From contig CM119267.1 in the NCBI GenBank assembly GCA_051294375.1, positions 6,670,757 to 6,734,756 of the forward strand: a stretch of DNA of 64,000 bases, written 5' to 3'. Positions 54,931 to 64,000 of this stretch are shown here, in pieces (the stretch's first letter is position 1; each line of letters opens with the position of its first letter). The notes below the pieces were generated by a model. It was not told the origin of the DNA and made no database searches. It saw only the letters and a program-made list of their open reading frames with translations. Position numbers and translations under genes: made by a program. The DNA comes from Paraspadella gotoi (taxonomy: Eukaryota > Animalia > Chaetognatha).

Positions 54931-55472
54931 AAATGATGGAGAAAAGGGAGGACAAAGACAAGGAAGGAGATTTTGACGCAAAAGACCCTTTTGATGAACC
55001 GAAGTAATAAAATTCCCCAAATCAAAAGGAAAAAAACCCGGAAAAGAGTGGGGAACCTTACGAAGGCGCTGGAAAAGGTAAGGAAACGAGTCTTTATTAA
55101 AGGAGAGGCAAAGAAGTGGGTATTAAAAATGAGAAGAAAGAAACTGAGGTTCGAGACGATGAAAGAACTGGAAAAAGGAGTTAAGAGGAAAGAATGGGAT
55201 TTTATGAAGGAAAGGAAGCAAAGACGCGGAAAATGAAGGAAGAAAGAAAAAAGAGAAAAAAAAGAAGAAAAGTAGCGGGTCACTTTTCTTTTTGCTCCAG
55301 GAATTTTTTTTTTGAAAAGGAAAGAAAGAATGAGAAAATGCGCATATTAGAATCCTTCCTTTTATTTATTTTTTATGCTTTTTCTTCTTTCTCGGCTTTT
55401 TTCCCCCCCTTTCTCTTTAGCTCTGTTTATCTTCTCCCTCGCTTTCTTTTCTTTTTTTTTACTCTTTATTTT

Positions 55473-55715
55473 TAGTTGCGCCGCGAGTACTCGCGGAGCA
55501 ACTCTATAAGTCACTTTTCGGTCGGTCTGTCGGTCCGTTGATCTGTCGGTCGGTATGTCTGTCCGTCGGTCTGTCCCACTTACGTTGAAAACGCTTATAA
55601 TTTGCCTATTTGGTTGCTCATTTGTTAAAACAGTAAAAAACCTCAAATCTAAGCGACTACTCGCGCCGCCTTTTGTTTTTAAAGAAATCTTATAAACTAT
55701 AAGGAATAAAAGACG
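55473..55715 (+). mobile_element. Independent family-B HINE-like copy (3'-truncated)
   Basis: tttagttgcgccgcgagtactcgcggagcaactctataagtcac + (GTCG/GTCT)n + gtcccacttac...ataatttgccta...gctcatttgtt core; differs by substitutions from the 38260 copy. Confidence 0.72.
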
Positions 55716-56273
55716 TGATTACGAATAAAGAGCTTGCCGTTATTATTTTGTTTCTTTTTCTTCTTCTTTTTCCTTCTTTTTTTCCTTTTTCTCTTTTTCT
55801 CTTTCCTTCGCCATCTTTCTCTTTATTTTCATCTTATTCTTCCTCCCTCCTCTTTTTCTCCATCTTCATCTTAAATCTTTCTCTTCCTTTCTCTTTTTCT
55901 CCTTTTTTTTCAAGCCGCTCAAGGATTTTCTTGTCTTTGTTGTTGTTGTTGTTGTTGTTATTGTTGTTCCATGAGACGTTTCTGTTTTTTTTCCCTATTT
56001 TTGTTTCCTACTATTTTTCTTTTTGTTTTATTCATTTGTTTTTTTCGGGTGATTTTTTTCAGACGTCTTCAGTTTGTTTTTTACTCTTAATTTTTTATTT
56101 TAAGGGAATAAAATCATTAAGGTTTGCAAAAAATTACCCACAGCGTGCAATTGTTGATGCTAGGGTCAAGTTTCTCATAAGATCTTTCCTTCTTTCTCTT
56201 CTCTTCTCCTCGACTTGAATTTGAATTTTAACTGAAGGCGACACAAGTCGTGTTTCTGCCAGACCGAAACACT

Positions 56274-56335
<62 letters not shown>

Positions 56336-56655
56336 TTTCTTTTTTCTCTCCGTCTCTTCTCTCATTTTTCTATTTTTAACCCCCATCTTTAATTTAAGAT
56401 ATCTCTCATTACATTTTATCTCTTTATCTTGCTCCGAGTAGATTTCCTGTTTTCTTAATCTCCCTATCTTCTTCCTTTTTCCTCCTTGCTTTTTCCTTTT
56501 TTCTTTTTCCTTTTCCTTTCATCCTTTCTTTCTCCCCATAAAAAATGCCTAAATTCCTCCACGGGTCAATCAAGTGGAGCTTCCTCAATCCAGTTGATTA
56601 GCTCCCATCCCTCATCGTCTCTCTCTTCATCTTTCGTTGGAGAAACTGCCTCGTT

Positions 56656-56706
<51 letters not shown>

Positions 56707-57189
56707 ATACATTATGAATTCTTGTCCGTTCGCCTACATTCGCGCCCGGGGCGGATGTCAGCCAGCGTGACCCTGAAGGGCAGTTGTTAGGCTACTTTGG
56801 CCACTTCAAAGAAACCAGTCACTAGATGCGATTGCATTTGTCACGATTCGAGATCTGATTTCAATCAATAAATCGTTATTTATGGTAATAATGAAAAATT
56901 TCGGATCAGCGAGGTTATTCAACATAACTAATAAAAGGAAAAGACATAATACCCATGTATTGTCAATGCAATTACAAATTTCGGCTACAGATTTTTGTAA
57001 ACCCGATGTTTTTTTTAATTCTATATTTCATATCTTCGGCAGACTACTAAAAATAAATTTTGATTTCTCCTTTCACTCCCTCCCTTCCTCATCCACTACC
57101 CCCCCCCCTCTACAAACGACCCGCCCTCTCCCACAAGCCCCTCTCCCCCGGGGCCAAACTCCGCCCCAGGTTTCTCTCTCTCTATCTCT

Positions 57190-57246
<57 letters not shown>

Positions 57247-57562
57247 CAAACTCGACCCAGTTCTTTCCTAGGACAGCGAATCATTTCGACTCCCTCGCGT
57301 CTCCAATCACATCCGGGCCTTTCCGTCCCCTTGCACCTTCTCTCTTCAATTACATACGGACATTTTTCTCCGTCTTGCACGCATCTTCAATTAAATCCGG
57401 GGAAGTTTATTCTCTCGACATCGCATTACATCCGGACCTGGGCCGAAGCGGAATCACTCGTTTATCGGAGAGAAACGGTTTTTCTTTCTTGTTTTTTTTT
57501 TTCCCGAAGAAAGTGGAAGAGCGATTTTGAGAAAAAGAAAAAAAGAAAAAAAGAACTCTTCT

Positions 57563-57605
<43 letters not shown>

Positions 57606-59030
57606 TCTTCTCGACCGGAGTCATTCCGCGTCTCTTCTCCCTTTCCTCGTCCTCTCCCCTCCCTTTACTCCCCTCCCTTTCTTCATTCCAGAGGAGAGGA
57701 ACAACAAAGTTTTTCTCCTTCTGTTTCCTTTTCGTCATCATCGTCATCAGCTTCATCGTCGTCATCATCATCTTCTTTTTGGTTTTTCTTCTTCCCTTTC
57801 CTTTCGTTTCCTTCTTTCAATTTCAAGGCTCATAACTTTTTTTTTTCTCGTACGACTAAACTACATGAACTCATGAACTACACTACTACTTGAATCGCAT
57901 GAAATATGAAAATAAATTTAATACAATAAAAAAATACTCATCTAGTAAACGGCTTCAAATATAAAAAAAATCAATTCAAGAAAAACAATTTCGACAAATG
58001 GAATCAAACCTGTATTGACCCGATGACCCGATGACGCGATGACCCAAAGACCTCTTTTTTGACCCTTTTTGATCCGAGATATTCCGTCGACCCTAAGGAG
58101 GAAATCGTCTCTCTCTCCCTTCGATGCCCGCGATCAAAGATCGTCGATGACCCCTGGAGGAGGAGGAAGAGGACGAGGAGGAAGAGGAGGAAGAGGAGGA
58201 AGAGAAGGGGTCGTCGTCCAGAAATTTCTGGGTCAAAAAAGGAAAGAAATTTTCCGCTTTTGAAGTTTTTCTCCTTCTGTTTTTTTTTTTTTTTTTTTGA
58301 GGAAGAAAACAAATTTTTCTGCTTGTGGAAGAAAGAAGAAAAGAAGGAGGAAGAAAAGAGAGAATCGCTCAATGTTTGGCCAATTCTTTAAAACAATCAA
58401 ACAAAGAAAATATACAAACAAACTTAAAAACGAAAACAAAAAAGAGAAAAAACATTTAATCAAAAACGAACGCGAAAAGTTAATCTTGACGTCGGCGTCC
58501 CGATGCTGACAGATGCCGACAGATGCCAAAGAAGATGAAATGACGCGCGACATTTTGGAATCAAAAAGTCGAAAGACATCTTGAGCGAAGAAAGGGAATG
58601 TCGTTGACACGCCGCGACATGCCGTGACACGTAACGATAATAGAAATACGACTACGAAAAACGTCTCGAAAATAAATACGTAAACGATATATAACGTCTC
58701 GCAATATATATATATATATATAAAAACATTTTCAAACTAACTAAGCGCCGAATTCGCTTCGAAGGAGAAAATGACTACGAAGCGACGATCGTCGTCATTT
58801 TCGTCGTCGTCGTCGTCGTCAGCCTCCTCCAGTCACGTGATCCCGTCTCTCTTTGTTTTCTTCTTGATCTCGCTCCAGTCGCTCGGGTCGAACGGGAGAA
58901 AGGTAAGGAAAAAGTGGGGTAAGGATATGATGGCCGAGATTGTGAAAGTAGAATATCAGTTGCCGAAGAAAGTTGAAAATTGCTCGGTGTGGCAGCAGGG
59001 CTTAAAAGCTGCCTCAATGCTGTCCGTCCT

Positions 59031-59245
59031 TGCCCTCGTCTCAATGGCTGAGCAGGCTAAGTCATTTCTCTACAACCGTGCGTCCCGGGCGTATCCCGGT
59101 TCTGGCTTAAATCTGGCTTAAATGTGACGGAGCCGGTCTAAACATGCCAGTGACCGGAGGAGGTCACTGAGAGTCCGCAGCCCCTACGCCAGTTGGTGAG
59201 ATACCTCGCGCCCCGTGTGTCACAGGCATTCCTCCCGTTGCCATA
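59031..59245 (+). mobile_element. Possible tRNA-derived SINE head/body
   Basis: A-box-like TGGCTGAGCAGG (59045-59056), degenerate B-box-like GGGCGTATCCC in ccggg...cccgg stem (59087-59097), and downstream perfect 8-bp hairpin cagtgacc/ggtcactg (59148-59169). Only one copy in the window. Confidence 0.3.
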
Positions 59246-59951
59246 TTGTTCTTATTTCCCGGTCGAATATACGATGATTTTTTTTAAACGTCATCTCGTG
59301 CCGAATTAGTGTAATGATGAAAACGTGTAATGCGTTTTTAATACGTTTAATAAACGTTTGAAACGTGCAGTGCGTGATGAGTTTTTAAAGGTTAAAGTTG
59401 GCTAAACAATAGATAACGTACCGGCTGATCTCGCTAATTTGAGAATTGAAAGTTGGCGAACGTCGAACTTACTTAGTTTTCGAGCGAAATTTTCAGATTA
59501 TTATGATGTTAGTGCGCATTGTGCATTGTGCAATGTGCACAAATCTGCTACAGACACGTTCCAACATTGCACTACAAGTCGCACGATCTTACTTGGCGCT
59601 GCAACGTACAAAACGACCCCGCATGCCCAAAGCCCCGTGCCCAATGCACAAACAGCCCCAAACAGTCACCTCAAAAAAATTACCCGGCCCCGCGAAACCC
59701 TTCACGGCCTTGCGAGTCACCTCTCCTCCACGCATATGTCTCGATCCTTGTAAATAACAAGCGGTGAAAAAAAAAAGAAGAAAATCTGTCTCAGTCATTT
59801 ACTCCCACTGGCCGACGACGATGTCTACGCGAATACAAGGGGACCAAGATTTTTTTTTTCGTCGTCAAGGGAAAATTAATAATAATGAAAAAAAATACAC
59901 TTGGTCTCCTTAGTCGGTGTCTTTACATTTTTTCTTATCGTCGTCGTTATC

Positions 59952-59984
<33 letters not shown>

Positions 59985-60539
59985 CCATTAAACTGTATCA
60001 AGGGCGGCGACAGATATCCCAAGGATACGAGAGCGCCTCTTCTCTTCAGTCTCTTCCTTTTTTTTCTTTAACCCACAAGGCTCTTATCCACAGGTTCCGT
60101 TTTTAACCACCGTTTGCCCACTAATCGCCTACCATCAAATTTTTGGTTTTTTTTTTTATTACCTCAAGCCACGTCAATTTATCTTTAACCAACTGCCATT
60201 GCATATCGCGGGAATTTAAAATTTTACCTTTTTCTTCACCAATCACCTTATTCCATGAATAATGAATAGACAGTAAATATCTATTTTAACTTACCAAACC
60301 TTAAATCCACTAATTTTTGTACATCCACAACGTACCTACTCATCATAGTACAAGCATTCTCCATAACCCCCAGCCTCCTCCCACTTTAGAACTCCCCCAC
60401 CCCGCTAAAACCCACCCCAGCACCTCACTCCATCACCGGACCACCGATGGGAAAACTCCATCCTAGTTTTTCATTCTCAGACGTTGAATGTAACTCCGCG
60501 GGATCATTATGGCCGTATTCCAATTTTCCATCTTCTTTT

Positions 60540-60628
<89 letters not shown>

Positions 60629-60879
60629 CTCTCTGGTGTGTGTCCCCTTCTTTCCATTTATTTTTCCATTCTTTATTTTCCATTAACATTTTTCTTTCTC
60701 TTTCTCGTCTTTAGTTTCTTCTGTTTTTATCCCATTTTTCTCGATTCTCTTTCTCTCTCTATTTTCTTCCTTTCCCTCTTTTCTTTCTTTTTTTTTTTCG
60801 GGCCCCCGTTTACTTTGTTATGACTTTCATTCACTTTTCTTCCCTCATCTTTTTCTCTTCTCTATTTTAAACCCCGCAG

Positions 60880-61005
60880 GGCTGCAGCAGCTGCTGCATC
60901 ATGGGCGAGGACGGGCAGCTGGCGACCCTGCGGCGTGTTGACGCCGACGTGATGAAGGCCTATTTGAACCGATCTCACATCGCGGAACACGGGAAGAGGA
61001 ATCAG
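60880..61005 (+). CDS. Exon of CTHRC1-C-terminal-domain gene (GCSSCCIMGEDGQLATLRRVDADVMKAYLNRSHIAEHGKRNQ)
   Basis: Pyrimidine tract + cgcag acceptor, CAG|gttggt donor, 126 nt, phase 0/0, GC3-rich. Confidence 0.65.
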
Positions 61006-61181
61006 GTTGGTTGCTGCAAAGATTGAAAAGGTTGCCGCATTTTCTGTTACAGCATGACCAATGAAAACTACAGCAAAAATTTACGTTAGAGCTGATAAGA
61101 AACAATGCGATTCGTTGGACTCAATACTATAACGGAAATCATTCCTCACACAATCCTCCGCCAACTCCCCTTCCCGATCAG

Positions 61182-61348
61182 CTGGAGCCCGGATCAATGC
61201 ACAAGCGCGACCCCCTCTTCCCTGGATCTCTGGGCGCCGTCTCCCTTCCCAACCCCTTCGACGAGGGCATCGCCATCGTCGACAAGAATCTCCTCAACAA
61301 GATGAAACTCTACTTGGAGGTCAACGACTCTTGCCCGCTGCTGCACAG
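61182..61348 (+). CDS. Exon of CTHRC1-C-terminal-domain gene (LEPGSMHKRDPLFPG...EVNDSCPLLHR)
   Basis: ccccttcccgatcag acceptor, CAG|gttaag donor, 167 nt, phase 0/2, strongly C-ending codons. Confidence 0.72.
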
Positions 61349-61592
61349 GTTAAGGGGAGCTGCTCTGCCGCGGAGGCTGAGGGGACGCGGAGGTCGTGAC
61401 GGCTGGCGCTGCGGCGGTTTGGCAAGGACTAAAACGCTTTTATGGTTTAGATTTTTAATGTGAAGGAATGAGTTGAGCGTAAATCTTCCTTTTAAGAGAC
61501 GAGGACAATATATGGATATATAAAAATTGACACCGACGACTGTTTCGTGATTTAAGAGAATTGCATGTTTTTTTCTGTCTGTTTTGTTTCAG

Positions 61593-61659
61593 ACGAAACA
61601 TGAAGCAATGTACCTGGAGTTCTTTCACCCAACGACTCAACGGCGGAGGCGTCCTGAGG
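61593..61659 (+). CDS. Exon encoding start of CTHRC1-like C-terminal domain (RNMKQCTWSSFTQRLNGGGVLR)
   Basis: ttttgtttcag acceptor, AGG|gtaagc donor, phase 2/0; NMKQCTWSS matches CTHRC1 NYKQCSWSS. Confidence 0.78.
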
Positions 61660-62967
61660 GTAAGCGATAACTGATGAGGCACCAAGCAAAGGATTCGGAA
61701 TAAACATCGAAAGAAGTGACGACTGGGATTTTTGGATGATTCCAGTTCGTTTCGCGCTAAAAATGCCGGTCAACATCGGAACGAGGCATGCGATCGTTGT
61801 CAGCTCTGATTAATGTTTAAACAAGGATTTGAATGATATAAAATAAAATGAAATACAATCATTTAAACCATTTTTTTACGCGTTGAGATACGAATAATTA
61901 AATTCGGTCGATAAAATTTTGACAAGGGACACGATGAACATTCGTGTTGCGACTATTTCGTCGTCGTTTTCGTCGTCGTCGTCGTCGTGATGGTCGTCGT
62001 GATGGTCGTCGTGATGGTCGTCGTGATGGTCGTCGTGATGGTCGTCGTCGTCGTCGTCTTAGATTTTGTCTCGTTCTTGATATTTTTATTTCTCGTACGA
62101 TTTCATTTTTCGCGAATTAAAAACTAAATTGGTGAATAAATTTTTTTTGTTCTCCTCTCAAACAATCGGTTCGCGTAAAATCGCTTGGCACTGCGCGAAA
62201 CACGATCACTGTCTCTCTCTCTCTCTGCTCTCTCTCTCTCTCTCGTCTCTCGTCTCTCTCTCTCTCTATCTCTTTCTCTCTCTCTCTCCTCGTTAATAAA
62301 GTCTATTGTGTGAGGCTGTGTCTAAAACGCTTAACATCATTGATTAGGAACTGCTTTGTTTTGTTGCTCCTTCTAATCAACCTCTTTCCCTTCCTCCTCT
62401 CTTCTCTTCTTCTCTCTCTCTCCTCCTCTCCTCTCTCCCTCTCTTCTCTCTCCTCCCCTCTCTCCCCCTCTCCTTCTCTCTCCGGCTTAGGCTTTCCAAA
62501 AAGTAATTAAAAGTGTTTTAAAAAGGTTTTAGCACTTTTTGTTCGAGATTTACTTCCTCGTGCCTCAATTGAGTAAACTTGTGCAAAATGAAAACAGTCA
62601 ATCGATATAATCCGCATTTTAATCTAAATTCTAATTTTGTTTAAAAAGAAAAGAGCTTTGGTTTTTTATTTGTTTTGGATTAATTATATACTAATTTTAA
62701 TTTTTGTCTTAGAAAAAGCAAACTGCAACTAAAAATAAAACAGACGAGTGAAAAAAAACTCTGGATAGACAAAAAAGGACAAGAGAGAAAGTGAGAGNNN
62801 NNNNNNNAGAGAGAGAGAGGCAAGCCTGGCAGCCCCTCCTTCTTTATCCACTTGGGAAGCGGTTATCTCGTTAAGGTTTAAATTGTGAAAGGCGTTGACA
62901 GACGCGCGTGAAGAGAAGACGCGAAAAACGCGAGGACGTGCGTTGCCGCCACGTGCGAATGCACGCA

Positions 62968-63029
<62 letters not shown>

Positions 63030-63274
63030 CTCTCTTCTCTCTCTCTCCTCCTTCTCTCCTCTCTTCCTCTCTTTTTCTAAGTCTCTGGCAATTAACACCA
63101 AGCATTAACGTGCGATAAAGGGATCGGTCCGCGGAAGAGAGAGAAAAAAAATGAGAGGAAGGAGTGTTTTAACTGCGTTCAATGTATATGCCAATGAGAG
63201 AGAGAGAGACAGAGAGAAAGAGGGAGAGAGAGAGAGACGAAAAAAAAGAGGAGAAAAGAAAGCACGAATTTGCA

Positions 63275-63326
<52 letters not shown>

Positions 63327-63372
63327 AAAGTGAGAGGTAAATTAAAAACTAATTCTCTGAATTCACATCTTA

Positions 63373-63422
<50 letters not shown>

Positions 63423-63433
63423 CCTCTCCTCAG

Positions 63434-63557
63434 CAGGAATGCCTCTTCAAGAAGCTAGATCCCAACTCCTACCTTCGAATCTCCGGATCGGCTTCCGTCA
63501 AGATCAAAACCAAATTCACCTCCAACTTCGAGTCCAATCGTAAAGGAGCAGACTCCA
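63434..63557 (+). CDS. Exon continuing CTHRC1-like domain ((Q)ECLFKKLDPNSYLRISGSASVKIKTKFTSNFESNRKGADS); gene continues beyond window
   Basis: ctctcctcagCAG (NAGNAG: start 63434 or 63437) acceptor, CCA|gtgagt donor, phase 0/1; ECLFKKLDPNSYLRISGSASVKI matches CTHRC1 [23 protein letters not shown]. Confidence 0.78.
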
Positions 63558-63728
63558 GTGAGTCAAAGCCAATCGGGGGGAAAATAAGGGGGGTGAGAGG
63601 AATTGAAAAACAGGAATTAACAAGATCGGTGATTCCAAAGTGTTGCGCTGCAGTGACTTTATTTTTACGTGTATTTCCCTTTGATCACATGATATGACAT
63701 GACATGACTAAAAAACTTTTTTACCATT

Positions 63729-63945
63729 TGTATTTATGACATGCACTGCATCGAAATTCCGTCTTTTATTCGTTATAGTTTTAGGATTTCCTGAAGGCGG
63801 CGCTAGCAGTCCCTTAGATTTAAGGTTTTGTTTCTGTCTTAACAAATGAGCAACCAACTATAGGCAAATTATAAGCGTTTTTCACGTAAGTGGGACAGAC
63901 CGACAGACAGACCGACCAAAAAGTGACCTATAGAGTTGCTCCGCG
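63729..63945 (-). mobile_element. Independent family-B HINE-like copy (intronic to CTHRC1-like gene, palindrome half-truncated)
   Basis: tgtatttatgacatgcactgcatcgaaattccgtctttt...gcgctagcagtcccttaga...taagtgggacagaccgac...gagttgctccgcg shared with 38290-38580. Confidence 0.72.
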
Positions 63946-64000
63946 ATTAAACCCATTTAAATACGTATTAGACCTTGCCATATATGAAAAGTTTTGAAAT

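Noticed and set aside
54973-55236. Lys/Arg-rich 87-aa ORF
   Set aside because: Explained by purine-strand bias next to the 53-bp minisatellite.
61053-61112. Possible extra exon (ttctgttacag acceptor) inside the CTHRC1-like gene
   Set aside because: In-frame TGA after three codons, AT-rich codon usage and weak donor; only RNA-seq could show a poison exon.

Overview
AT-rich eukaryotic (probably invertebrate animal; taxon not assignable from sequence alone) draft-assembly window, dense in (GA/TC)n and (GTC/GAC)n microsatellites, which account for almost all ORF-track entries. Two protein-coding signals are well supported. (1) An apparently intronless minus-strand gene (29061-31097, 678 aa) encodes an IRE1/RNase L-type kinase + KEN ribonuclease protein with the RNase L-like DFD motif, no ankyrin, lumenal or TM sensor, and a charged coiled-coil-like tail. 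(2) Four phase-compatible plus-strand exons (60880-63557) encode the start of a CTHRC1-type C-terminal domain with no adjacent collagen helix. A ~9.2-kb-arm inverted duplication (29401-47969) centred on a 25-N gap carries a frameshift-riddled second copy of the kinase gene; its error pattern and the repeated 25-N gaps point to a long-read gap-filling artefact. Also present: two families of Helentron-associated (HINE/DINE-like) elements, a 5'-truncated LINE end, a ~190-bp TA-flanked hairpin, a 16-bp-period Forkhead-motif array, minisatellites and several low-confidence exon candidates. All homology calls are by-eye motif recognition, not database searches.
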